A stretch of DNA of 64,000 bases from Camelus ferus (Eukaryota), in NCBI RefSeq assembly GCF_009834535.1, contig NC_045697.1, forward strand, positions 20,214,001-20,278,000, in the 5' to 3' direction. Position 1 is the stretch's first letter; each line of letters begins with the position of its first letter. The notes under the pieces were generated by a model. The model saw only the letters and a list, made by a program, of their open reading frames with translations. It made no database searches and was not told the DNA's origin. The translations under genes and the position numbers were made by a program. This document shows positions 51,951 through 64,000 of the stretch, piece by piece.

Positions 51951-53919
51951 TAATATGCTACTTTTCTCACATCCAAGTCCGCTGAGGAGGTTTTTGCTAA
52001 AATACAATGTAAAAATGTGTGTGAATTTCATTATGATTCTGTTTTGAAATTTTTATAGCTATTTGTAAGTGAAATTGGTCTATAATTTTAATATACTGTT
52101 GCTATCTTTTTCACGTCTTGGGGTCTTCTTTTTAAAAAAATATTCAGAAGTTTTCTTGATTTTTCTATTTGTGGTAATTGTCTAAAATAAATTTAGGATT
52201 ATCTGTTCCTTAAAGGCTTTGTAAAAGCCCTTTGTGAACCCACTAGGGGACCTGAACATTTTTTGTAAAGGGCCTTTTTGACTATCTCTGTTTTCTTTTT
52301 CTATGGAAATTAGTTGTGTAAATTTTCTAACAACCAAGGGCAATTAGACCCCTTATAGCTGTGCAAAAAAAAAACGGAAAGTCACACTCCAGGGTAGGAA
52401 CCAAGGAACTGGAGTTTATCGTTAGATTTGGGGTATGGATGTCATGCCTAGTTTTAAAAGATGATCACTCTCAGTTTAATGCTGATGGTTAGAATAACAT
52501 TAAAAATTGCTTCATAGAAAGATGCTACATTATCCAATCCAAGGAATTGTTACTACAAAGCAAAAGCTATTTGTTTAAAAAGAAAAAAGATTAAATCACA
52601 AACTAGGTATACTTTTTGAGCCTGAAGCATGAATACATTTTTTTGGGCAAAAATAATATGTAAATAATTTGCTTTAAAAATTATACATTTTAGACTTTGT
52701 TTTTTAGAGTTCACTTTGCTTTACTTCAGGGCAATAATAATGATGACAGCTAACACTTCCGTGGTGTTTTCATATGCCAGATACATAGCTAAGTGATGTA
52801 CATATTTTAATTCATTTAATCTTTAAAAACTTTTGAGGCAATCCAATTTTAAATAAATTATTATCTTTTTAATAAATGAGATTGCAGTATTAATGAACAG
52901 ATATGCTTATGGTATTTATTGCAGCTGAATGGTATAAATTAATAAACCTAGTGTTATATAAATTAGGCTTTTGCCTATATTTCTTTTTTAATGTATTTCT
53001 TATGTTTTATGTCTTAAATCATTAATTTATTTTTATCTTTATTCTATAATTTAACTCAGTATGAAACACACATGATAAAATATATGTTTTAAATTGTAGT
53101 TACCCGTATTATTATATATACACTAACTTGCACCCTATGTGCAAAGGGTTGAGTTAATCACACTCCTCTCTTCAAACCATGCTGACATCACTGGTACTTT
53201 AACTTCTTTTTATTCATTGGTTGAATTTTATCTCTACTTTTTTCCTCTTTCTCTTACCCTCATGGGAAAATGTGGCTACATTGTTTTATTTCTACATTAG
53301 TATAAAACTTATACTATGATTTTGTGTGTAAATAAATGGAATTTACCTTTATAAAATTGTGCTCCAGAACTAATCTCAATTTTTTTTTCACTCAGTAATA
53401 TGTTTCTAAGATAAACCCATTTTACAATAATATAGATCTTTAATTAATAGCATTCTACAGTGGGCTTCCATCTCTTTTTCCTTACTGAGAGTTTCTCAGG
53501 CTTATGTATATATTTATAAAGTTTATATGTGTACATAAATAAATATTTATATTACTGTCTATTTATATACATATAGATTATTATATATTAATATATATAA
53601 TTTATAATGTTTTTATATACATATATAAACTTTACAAATAGTATATGAAAAATAAAAAATTTCAGCAGCAGCATATATGAATCTATGCTTACTCGATCAC
53701 TTTATCTTTCTGCTTATTCTGCCCAAGCATGGCTGCATTGCTTTCCAGAAGTTCTAAACAGGCTCTACTCTCACCAGTGAGATACCTGAATTCCAGTATT
53801 CCTGCCTGTATTATCAAGCTTTTTTTTTTTTGCAAATCTCAGATGTGTAAATTGATAACTTTTTATTGTTCACTAACAATTGGTTCAAAACAATCTAAGT
53901 ATGCTCCAAGGAGATTTAT

Positions 53920-55169
53920 GTTTCTTCAATCACCTGAGTCTTCTTTAGCAGAATGGTTAGCATCCATATTTCTCCTAACACTCTATTTGAGGAAATCTAG
54001 GCTCTTTGAGTCATGCTGCTAAAAATTATTCCAGCTTCTGCTTCCCGCCAATTCCAAGATCACTTCCAGACTTTCAGGCATCTGTTACAGTAGCATTCCA
54101 CTCCTAGAACCAAAGTCTGTATTCATTTCTTCTTCTGCCATAACAAATTACAATAAACAGTGGCATAAAACAACACAAATTTGTTATCTTACAGTTTGGG
54201 ATGTCAGAAGTCTGACAAGGGTCTCACTGAGCTAAAATTGTGGCGTCAGCAAAGCTGCATTCCTATCTGGAGGCTCTAGAAGACAATCTGTTTTTGGTTT
54301 TTGTCTTTTTGGGTTTTTTTTTTTACCTCTTCCAGCTTCCAGAGGTTGTCCACATCCTTTGGCCCCTCACCTCCTTTTTCCATCTTTGGGAAGCAATGGT
54401 GTCCCCAGCACAGCTCATGAACAATTCCCGGGAAATAAAATAGGGCCTGGGTAAGAAAATAAAGTTGAACCTCTTCCTTTTCCTTTCTGCTTCATCTGGT
54501 TTCACTTGAGCATTGGGGCCACATGCAGAGGCCTGGCACCCGGCACTTCAGACCAGAGTTCCCAGGGCCAGTGGGCCGCGTGGACACCTCAGCTCTGCCG
54601 GCCATGTGCAGACACTCTGAGATGCTGAGACGCCGTGATGTCGGGCCTGGCCCTGCAGTCTGGGCCGTGAGCAGAGCAGCTGTGTCCATCTCGCGAGAAC
54701 TCTGACCGCTTCCCTCCCTGTGCCGAAATCCCTGTAAAGCAGCCCCGCCAACGACCTGTCAGGAGAGCATGTCTTCTAGAGTGAGAGCTCAGACCTCTCC
54801 ATTCTTTGATCAAAGAATAAAACTCTTTCTTTTGCTTCTGAACTGAACTGGGTCTTGTTCTATTGGCACAAGTGACGCCAGACGAAGGACCCTTGTTAGC
54901 ACCTGCTTAGGAGGGTTGGTACCTATGGTGCATCTCATGGACTATCATTCTCCCATCATCACATGTCTTTCTGGCCACAGCTGGAAAGGTTCTCCACTTT
55001 TAAGGACTGGGCCCACTTGGATAATTGAGGATAATCTTCCCATCTCAGATTCCATAATTTCAGCAATATATGTGAGGTTCCTTTTTTTCGTAGGAGGTAA
55101 CATACTTATAGGTTCTGGAATTAGGATATGAACAGATTTGGGTAGAAGGGCATCATTACACTAACCATA
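53920..55169 (-). mobile_element. MLT1D-like 5' LTR (54118-54399 and 54929-55169) with the start of its internal region (~53920-54117)
   Basis: 'ctgttacagtagcattccactcctagaaccaaagtc|tgtatt...ctgccataacaaattac...aaaacaacacaaatttgttatcttacag...tcagaagtctgac'; resumes 'ttgaggataatcttcccatctcag...ggtaacatacttataggttctggaattagg'. Confidence 0.8.
54400..54924 (+). mobile_element. Young CpG-rich ERV1-class solo LTR, 525 bp
   Basis: Starts TG; 4-bp TSD atgg (54396-54399 and 54925-54928); AATAAA at 54816-54821; cleanly splits the MLT1D LTR. The 3' terminus reads CT rather than CA. Confidence 0.8.
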
Positions 55170-56030
55170 GTGGGTCTATCAGGTTGTAAGATTTACAATG
55201 AGCAATTCCATGGTCACTTGATGTCTTATGTGTCCTGTCTCTACTAGGATCCAGTAATATAACAGATGTTGTTTTTTAAAAGGAATATAATTATCTAATG
55301 CAGATGGCATAGTCTTGCTCCAAAAATCCAAGGGTATTTATTGTGATTCTATCACTTGCTCTTGCCACAACTTCTACATAGCATCTTTTTGTATCACGTA
55401 TAACTCCAACACTAGGATGTACTAAGTTTATTATAGTTCGTAGCAAAAGTGGCCAGGATACTTGCAGCACGGTTTTTTTTTCTTCCAGTTTTATTGAACT
55501 ATAATTGATATACAGCACTGTATTAGTTTACGGTGTACAGCATAATGATTTGACTTAACATACATCATGAAATGATTATCAAAATTAGTTTAGTGAGCGT
55601 CCATCATCTCATATAGATACAAAATTTAAAATAAAGAAAAATATTTATCCTTGTAATGAGAACTCAACAACTTTCACATATAACATACAGCAGTGTTAAT
55701 TATATTTATCATGTTGTACATTACAACTCTAGTACTTACTTATCTTATAACTGGAAGTTTGTGCCTTTGGACTTCCCGCTTTCAATCCTCTCCCCCCGCC
55801 TCTGGTAACCACAAATCTGATCTCTATTTGTATGAGCTTGTTAGTTTGATTTTGAACTTTAATTGACTTGCAGTGCTGTGACCTATAACACTTGCATCAA
55901 AGTCTTAACCACAGAGCCTTTTCTTACTTTGAGCCCCACTGAAACCTGGCAGGAGTTGTGTTTTGTTTTTTATAATAAGAGATGCAAGATGCAGTAATTT
56001 GCCTTTGGCTTTGGGGACATCCCTGGTTTG
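55170..56030 (-). pseudogene. ERVL pol remnant (RT thumb/connection region), interrupted by an L1 3' end
   Basis: Manual minus-strand translation: 'RDVPKAKGKLLHLASLIIKNKTQLL', 'ARFQWGSK*EKALW', 'PLDFWSKTMPSALDNYIPFKKQHL'. These resemble recalled ERVL pol motifs (KVKDKLLHLAPPTTKKEAQ; FEWGPEQEKAL; PLGFWSKALPSSADNYSPFEKQLL). Confidence 0.8.
55473..55865 (-). mobile_element. L1 3' end (L1MA9-like age class)
   Basis: PolyT then 'ttattgaactataattgatatacagcactgtattagttt..ggtgtacagcataatgatttgac...tctggtaaccacaaatctgatctc'; partial TSD 'acttgcag' on both sides. Confidence 0.8.
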
Positions 56031-58639
56031 TACCTGACTACCACAATTTACAACGTTTTATAGATGAGGCAGATTTCTAAATTTTAACATGGTTTATCTT
56101 TTACACATTGGAATACCTATTTTTTAGTTTGAAGAAGCAGGTCTAAATATTGATTCTTATTCTTAAGACCCGAATGAACTTTTGGTTTTCACTTTCTCTT
56201 ATCTTTTCATTGTTTCACTTTAAACATGCCCTTTTGAAACTTGGAGGGAAGAAAAGATAAATATAGACATTTAAAGAAAACAAGATAGAAAATATGATAT
56301 TTGTATTGTTATGAATTATTTATTGATAAACAAATAACTTTTCAGCCCTACACAGCTTAAAGAAAGGGTACATATAAAGATGGAATTACACATTACTAAA
56401 CCCAGAAGATTTAAAGAAATTATTCGTTAACTGGACTTTATGAATTCTTAAAATGGACATACAATGTGTATCTGTGTATATGTGTGTATCTCAGGGTCAT
56501 AACTGAGTCCTGTAAAAATAATGCACTAATGGAAATCAAATGAGAGTTTAACTAAAATTTTAGATTCTGAAAATATATTAGAGCAATAAGACCTTTAGAG
56601 ATTATCTCTTTTCTGTACGTTTTTTTAAATTGTTTTATGTTTAAATCATGCACTCCAGCTAAGTCTTTTTTTACCTCTTCTAACCTCATTTTAGAATCTC
56701 ATTTAAAACTAGGTAGACTCTCCATTTTTTTCTGTGAACCATGAAGCATAATTATATAAACCTCTGAGTCTAGCATGTGAGGGCTTGCTAGATAGACTTG
56801 CCCACGTGAGAAGTAACTATATCTCAAAACAGAATTTGTTCCTTGCAACATATACTTTTACAACTCTTTAATTATAGGGGTTTATTTGAAACAGCTCTCC
56901 ATGGTGCTTTTAATAAACAGGAGATCTCTCCAGATTTACAGTCACAGAAGCCTCTTATAGCTACAAAGTTTACACTGCTCTTGGTGGTCACTGTCATCCT
57001 CTGAGGTACCTCTTGGGTAACTACCCAAATAATTTTGTACACTACACAGACTGCATGTTGGTTTAAAGAATCTAAAACATGGGTTTCAAATTTGATATGA
57101 TATGATATGATTTGATATGTCCAACTGTTTTTAAGGTATGACTGTAACAAATGAAGAAAGCTTAAGTTTATTCATATATATTTCCACTTTCAACATTTAT
57201 CACAAAATTTCATTCCGAGTGAACCATTTAATGATCAGAATCTATATTAGAACTGACTCAGAATTATTGGTAGTACAGCCTGTGTTGTGTTATCTGCGGG
57301 TGATTTATTGGATAACAGGGATGGAACAATCATCAGAATTTATTTATGTAATGTGTCCATCCATAAGTCAGACTTAAAGTCAAATTACACAGAATAGAAG
57401 ACTGTCAATTTCATCTTTTAGTATTTCTACAAACCAGTAATTTTTCTTACAGTCAACCTTGAAAGATGTATAAAAGTATCATGTGTGTTTCACAAGACAC
57501 AGTAAATCAAGATATTCTTGATTGTGATTTAAGAAATGGATACCTTTGTGGAAAAGTAAATGATTACATTTGTAAGTAATAAACATATTCAAGTGAATTG
57601 CAATTGGAATTAATGATGTTTAATTTTATATAAACCATTATAATTTCACAGGCTACCTGGGATCTATTCACTCATAACAAATTGTGTGATACCATATCGC
57701 TATTAGATTTGGACAAAAGAGAAAGAGAGATTTGTTTGTTTAAGTTTAGAGTTTAAGTGAAGTGACTACCAGATCTTGTCTTTTGGTTTTAAGATCTTAT
57801 TCTCAACAGGAAGGAAAAACAGAAGATAACTGTGCCATTGATTCTCCTAATTAAATTTTTCTTCCACTGAATACCCTTTAACAAGAGAAACACAATAACA
57901 ATTATAGTTGTTCACAAAGGATTATAGAAATGGTAAAAGGGCCAGCTTGAAAAAAATGCTTGTTTTTAATCTTCCAGAGAGAAACTGTACTCTTTCATTT
58001 CTGTTGTACTAGAGCATAAGAAATCAATGACAGGTACATCTCTCTTTGGAATAACTTTTATAACCTTCTCCCAAAAAAAAGTCTCTATTCTTGGCATGCC
58101 ACCCACAGTTCACTAACTTTGAACTAGTCATGTCCAATCCCCAGTGCAGCTAGGTTGTTTCAGCTATCTTTGGTGGAAGAATCCCCTGAGACTTCTCCAC
58201 TGAGGTATTTCCAGTTGCTCTTCTCCTAATAAAGATGACTTTTTAGAAGCCAGCCATGTTACTCATCAAATGAACTTCAAAGCTTACTTATATTCTTTTT
58301 TAACATTTTGAAGGTCCTATTACTAGTGTGTATTTAAAAATTTTTTTTTAAATTGCCTAAAATTTATTCTTTTTATCCCTGTGTTTTATTACTTCAGAAT
58401 TCTTATGTAATTATGCCTTTTAGCCTGTTATTATTTTGCAAATGAGAGTGTTTCTCCTTTAAGGAATAGCAATACCTTCAGTCAGGACTGTTATTAGTAA
58501 CACAGTGGGCTTCTTAAGTATGTGTCTTAAATAAATAGTTAAAATACAATACCAAAAATCTGATGAGGGTGCAGTTTTGCTGCCATTATTAATGCAGGGT
58601 TCCAGGTCATTTTATTTTCTTTCTAAAGATTAATTAATT

Positions 58640-60180
58640 CATTAATCCACTGAAAATTTACTGAGTCCCTAGTATGTGCCAAACACTAAATGGTAGGCTG
58701 AATGAAGGAATAAGAACTAAGAAGGATCATGAATCTTATTAATGGGAAGAAAAAGTGTGCTTATTAATGGGAAGAAAAAGAAGGTGAACATATAAATAAG
58801 TTCATTATATAGTACGGTAGAAGATCAAATGTGCTTGGGGAAAATAAAGTATGATATGTGTTCTAGGGAACACGTGAGGGGTTCTTAATTTTTAAGTTTT
58901 AAGAAATCAGGCTAAGAATTAAGGAGAAAGTGACATTTGGGAACAATATTTCAAGCAGAGAAAGAACTGGTAATACCCTGAGACAGGCATATACCTGGCA
59001 TATTTGAGAAATGGCAAAGAAGACAATGTAGCAGATGAAGACAGTACTTGTGATGAGTTCAGAATTCTGACAGATCTGGGTTGTGAAGAGCATGTTGGCC
59101 CATTGGGAAGCCACTGGCTTTACTCTGAATGAGATGAGGTGCCCCTGGAGGGTATTTTGCAGAACAATGACTTGATAGCACTGACATATTGAAAGGATCA
59201 CTTTGGTTGCTGTGTTTCCAAGAGTCTCTATGGAGACAAGAATAGAAGTAGGGATAGGAGATTATAGGTAATCTGGGTGAGTGGTAATAGTGCCTTAGAA
59301 AAAGGCTTGGGGGTGGGACAGGTGTTGAGCTATCATCAGGTTCTATGCATATTTTAAAGTAAAGTCAAATTTTTTGCATGTTAGACGTGGGATGTCAATG
59401 AAATGTTTCAAGGATGAATCAAGTTTTGTTTTGTTGTTGTTGTTGTTTTTCTGATAGACTAGAATGCTGCAGTCCAATGATGGGGAAGAATGTGTGTGGG
59501 TGGAGCAGGTTCTAGAGGAAAAATCCACATTCTGCTTTGAGCATTTCAAGTTTGAGATGTTCCAAGTACAGATGGCAAGTATACAGTTATATATAATTTT
59601 ATGGAGTTTAGTGGAAAAGGCTGGACAACAGATATAAATTTGGGAGTCATCATTACACAGATGCTAATTGAGATTGTGACCCAGTAGAAATCACTGACAA
59701 AAGGGGGGAACGGGGTGGGAAGGGATAAACTGAGAGTTCGAGATTTGCAGATACCAATTAATATATATAAAATAGATAAACAAGTTTATACTGTACTATA
59801 TTCAATATCTTGTAGTAACTTATGGTGAAAAAGAATATGAAAATGAACATATGTATGTTCATGTGACTGAAGCATTGTGCTATACACCAGAAATTGACAT
59901 AACATTGTAAACTGAATATACTTCAATAAAAAATTAAAAAAAAAAAAAGAAATCACTGACAAAGATTCAAAAACTGATCCCCAGGGCATTCCAACTTTAA
60001 GAACTTGGTAAGAATTGGGATTCAAAGGAGAGACCAAGTACAACCAATGTCAAAGGAAAAAAAAAATCAGAGTATGTGATATCCAGAAGCCAAGTGACTA
60101 GAACAATTCTATTAACTTTGGTAAATGATGATGTGTCAGATAAGATCCTGACTGAAAGCTGGTCATTGAATTAAACCATG
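58640..60180 (-). mobile_element. L2 fragment, ~1.3 kb, interrupted by a young L1 3' end
   Basis: 'tttactgagtccctagtatgtgccaaacact', 'ggctttactctgaatgagatgaggtgcccctggaggg', 'gatataaatttgggagtcatca'. Confidence 0.75.
59702..59947 (+). mobile_element. Young 5'-truncated L1 3' end, 246 bp, with polyA
   Basis: Perfect 16-bp TSD agaaatcactgacaaa (59686-59701 and 59948-59963); 'gggaagggataaactgagagttcgagatttgcagatac...cttcaataaaaa'. Confidence 0.92.
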
Positions 60181-60477
60181 CATATCCTTCTGCACGTAGG
60201 GTGGAGATTTTCTTTAGGAGTGGAACTACTAGCTTAAGTGTATGTATATCTTCAGCTTTATTAGACACTTAATTTTTTGTCCTCGACTTGCAGCATTGGG
60301 TAGGATCATTTTGTGTAATGTTGAAATGAAATAATGGCTGTGGGCATTAGGCATTGTTAATGACTTTAATGGGAATGCATTAAATGGGAATCGTTCATCA
60401 TCAAAATAGTTACTGAACATACGTATTTCCTTACTCTGTCATCTGAAATGGCCTAGAATCAATTACACCCCAGTAAG

Positions 60478-62130
60478 AATAAGCACATCTAGTTCCCAGA
60501 TTTTGGTTTTTAATACCATTCTACAGTAAATAGAGCCAGGACTCTTTGAAGTAATGGCTGATTCTATGACTGGGACATTGAAAAATATAAGATGAGCATA
60601 GACTATCTTTCAGTGCCAGAAAGGAAATATTCAAAAGTCCCCAAACCCCACAATGATAGCAATATAGGTGTCAACAGAAAAAAAAAAAAAAAACCAAAGA
60701 ATCCAATATGTAACAATTTGAACAATAAAATGATGAAGTATTGGCCCATAACCCAAATTATAAAATAAATACCATGAGTCCATACTGATGTAAACAAATA
60801 GTTGAATAAGTAAACAAGTGAGAGAGAAAAGACAAATGTCCTGAGCAGAAAAATGACCAATAATTTACATAACTACTCTGCCCTGAGAAAGGAGGAACAT
60901 AATGCCCACTCCTTAGTGGGGGCTATTCCAGTGTTCTTCTTCCCAAGAGAACAATATGGGGAAATAAAGAACTTTAGAAAGGAGAAAACTGACAAACACT
61001 TCCTCAGCCAGGTGATCAAGGTTAGCATCACTAGTGATGTCATATTGGTAGGATGTATTCTTGATATGTGATGATAATAGAACTTTATGTCAATGGCCTT
61101 CATCCCCAAAACATAAGCCCCAGTCTATTCTGAGAAAAAACAAGAGCCAGATTCCAATAAAAGAATACTCTCCAAAATATCTGACCAACACTCCTCAAAA
61201 CTTTCAAGTCTATCAGAATCAAAGAAGATCTGAGAAAATGCCACAGTCAAGAGGAGCTTAAGAAAATGTGATGACGAAATGTAACGTAGTATTCAGAATG
61301 GGATCCTGGAATAGAAACAATCGTGTAAGCATTAAGGAAATTTGAACTAAGAGTGGACTTTAGTTAGTGAAAATTGTGTTAGAGTTCTCCAGAGAAACAA
61401 AATCAATTGGATAAATATATATAGAGATATAGATATAGTATATATATACTATATATATACTATATCTATATCTGGATATATAGACATATATATATATCTC
61501 CATTCGATACATGTGGAGACTTATTAAAGGGACTGGTTCACACGTTTATGGAGCCAACAGGTCCCATGATCTGCATCTGTAAGCTGGAGAACCAGGAAAC
61601 CCAGTGGTATAACTGAGTTTGACACCAAAGTCCTGAGAAATTGGGTAGAGGGAAGGTGATGGTGCAGATACTAGTCTGAGTCTGAAAGCCAAACAGCCAG
61701 GAGCACCCATTTCCATTTCTGAGGGCGAGCAAAGATGGATGTCTCAGCTGAGTGAGAGAGAGTGAGTTTGCCCTTCCTCCATTTTTTGGTTCTATTCAGG
61801 CCCTCAACAGATTGGATAATATCCACTTGCAATGATGAGGGTGACTAAGTTTTACTCAGTCTACTGATTCAAATGCGAATCCCTTCCAGATCCACTTTTA
61901 CAGACACACCTAAAAATAAACAGCTCTCTGGGCATCCCTTAGCCCAGTCAGGCTGACACGTAAAATGAACCATCACAACAACATATCAGTATTGGTTCAT
62001 TAATTGAACAAATGCACCATCCTGATGTAAAGAATTATTAATCTGGGAAACTGGGTGATAGTCTCTGTACTACCTTCATACTTTTTCTGAAAATCTAAAA
62101 TATTACTAAAATGAAAATTTCATTTAAAAT
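60478..62130 (+). mobile_element. Old L1 (L1MC/L1MD-like) 3' region split by an MLT2 LTR
   Basis: 'cccagattttggtttttaataccattc', 'ggagaaaactgacaaacacttcctcagccaggtgatcaaggttagcatc', resumes 'tatcagtattggttcattaattg..caaatgcaccat' after 61977. Confidence 0.8.
61375..61977 (-). mobile_element. MLT2 (ERVL) solo LTR
   Basis: 'tgtgttagagttctccagagaaacaaaatcaa' ... 'gggcatcccttagcccagtcaggctgacacgtaaaatgaaccatcaca'. Confidence 0.85.
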
Positions 62131-62334
62131 GTTTATTAAGAAGTTTCACCAGGACCTTAAAAATATTAAACAACTTTTTCTGATTCCAGCTTTACTAAGA
62201 TTTTTTACTATACATGTGTGATGAAAGCTATCATGTACTTTTATCATACACTGATACATTCTACTTTCCCTTTCAAAATAATAAGACATGAGGTAAATGA
62301 CATTAATAAGTTTTCCAATATTAAAACATTCTTT

Positions 62335-63820
62335 ATTAGTCAGAATGTTATAGAATAGGCTGCAGTAAAACAAAAACAAAAACCTAATCTCAGGATCTCA
62401 GGGCCTTGAAAATCAAAGGCTTATATTTCTCTTGAACTACATGTTTATCTTAGTTCAGTGGGCACTGTGATCCATGTCATTGTCACACAAGGGACCCAAG
62501 CTAAGGAAACTTTATCATCTGGATGTCACTGGATACCGAAAACAGAAAGAAAGATCAAAGGCACAGGGACAGATTTTTGAAGGATTGTTATTGGATCTTT
62601 TCTTCTGCCGTATCTAGTCTATAATTCAGTCTCTCCTGTGAATTTTTAATTTCAGATACTGTGTTATTGCATTCTAAAATTTCCACTTGGCTTTTTTCTC
62701 ATTATGTTTATGTTTTCCCTTTGAGGAAGTTGCTGACTTTCAAAGTGGTGTCTGAGAAAATGAATGACTGAGAAGAGTGCTTGGTAGACTCATGAAACCA
62801 AAGGGAAGAGCAGTACAAAGTGAAGTGCCTCCCGCTAGAGGAGTCTAGAAGAACTCAGGCATTCAGCTGAGATTCAGATGAGATATAGAGCAGAGGGGGA
62901 AGTGGAATTCCACTGGTTCTTACTAAGACCGAATCTCATCCTTGATTCTGTCATTTCCCGATTAGATTGAGACTACATGGAATTTCTGGTTCTCCTTGCT
63001 AGCAGCCTCCCAGAAGCAAAAAATAAATCCTGTCTGGGAGAATATAAATTCATTCCGAACCTTAAATTATAATTTTTATTTGCAGTGCTTGGCACTGAAT
63101 AATAATCAAGTGTATGAAAAGGTAAGTCTTGACCTTTTTCTAAAAGCAGAAAATAGACACACTCCCGTAAGGAATCCAGATAATGAAGTTACAGAGAGAG
63201 ACTTTAAAGTAACCTATTTAATAGGTCTAGAAATTACAAAATATGCTAGAGAGAACTGTGGAGTAGAAACAGGAACCAAATGAAAATTCTGTCACTGAAG
63301 TTTTGTCTCTATTTTGCTATCGATACATTTTTTCCTAGCGATGTTTTTTTCCTGCTGTTAAAGGGATCCATTAAGTTTTACTTTTAGTCTTTACACTTTT
63401 TGAGATCCAGAACACAAATATGAAAAGAATATCTCAATGATATAGGTAGATGGAAAAACAGGGTAAACGGCAGAGAAAAATCTAAAGGAGAAGAGTGCTG
63501 ACTTAAGGAGGCAAAGGACACAGGAATATATTCCTTATCATTGTGTTTATATAAAGTAAAAAGGCAGGAAAGCCTGATCTATAATGTTAGATGTCTCCGT
63601 AATTTTTAACTTTGGAAAGAGGAAGTAGGTGGTGCTGGGGGGAGAGGGAAAGTCTTCGGCTTCTTGAGTGCTGCTAACTTTCTGTTTCTCGGCCTGATTG
63701 ATAGTTGTGTGGCCCACTTTGTGATATTTCTTTAGGCTCTACTACACCGTAACACACCAGTTTCTTTACCCTTTTATGTTTATTGTATACATCAGAAAAA
63801 GTGTCTACTATAAAATAAAG
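62335..63820. mobile_element. Cluster of old fragments: MLT1J/K-like LTR (~62335-62560), L1/HAL1 ORF1 pieces (~62575-62720 minus, ~62950-63300 plus), L1ME-like 3' end (~63400-63820)
   Basis: 'tattagtcag...ggctgcagtaa', 'gaatttttaatttcagatactgtg', 'ccagataatgaagttacagagagagactttaaagtaac'. Degraded, boundaries approximate. Confidence 0.45.
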
Positions 63821-64000
63821 GCCTTTACGACTTGTCAGTCAATCACCAACACCCTCCTCATTCCCCAAAGCGAACAAGTTAACTGCCCTGTGAATGTTTA
63901 CCCAATTTGATTTTGGACTTAAGTGAGTTACCTGTGATAATCTGCTAATTTCAGGTTTTCATATTGATAGCAATGTTACATTTAAATTTAAAAAGAGTCT

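Overview
AT-rich, repeat-dense mammalian genomic DNA, probably a gene desert or the interior of a large intron. I found no cellular protein-coding gene, tRNA, rRNA or CRISPR array. The young LINE-1 3' ends and the apparent lack of ruminant, pig, primate or rodent SINEs point to a camelid genome (inference from recall). Recognisable content is almost entirely transposable elements: L2, MIR, old and young L1, MaLR/ERVL LTRs (MLT1, MLT2, MER21, LTR33), ERV1-type solo LTRs, an ERVL pol remnant, and the DNA transposons Tigger1, Charlie1, MER5, MER20, MER53 and MER2, plus microsatellites. The most notable item is a 2.93-kb L1 (45413-48340, minus strand) flanked by a target-site duplication (TSD). 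It keeps its full 5'UTR and a nearly intact ORF1 but has lost almost all of ORF2 at an AG-containing junction, so it may be a spliced or non-autonomous L1 derivative. Repeat subfamily names are recalled from consensus sequences and were not confirmed by a search; boundaries of old repeats are approximate.
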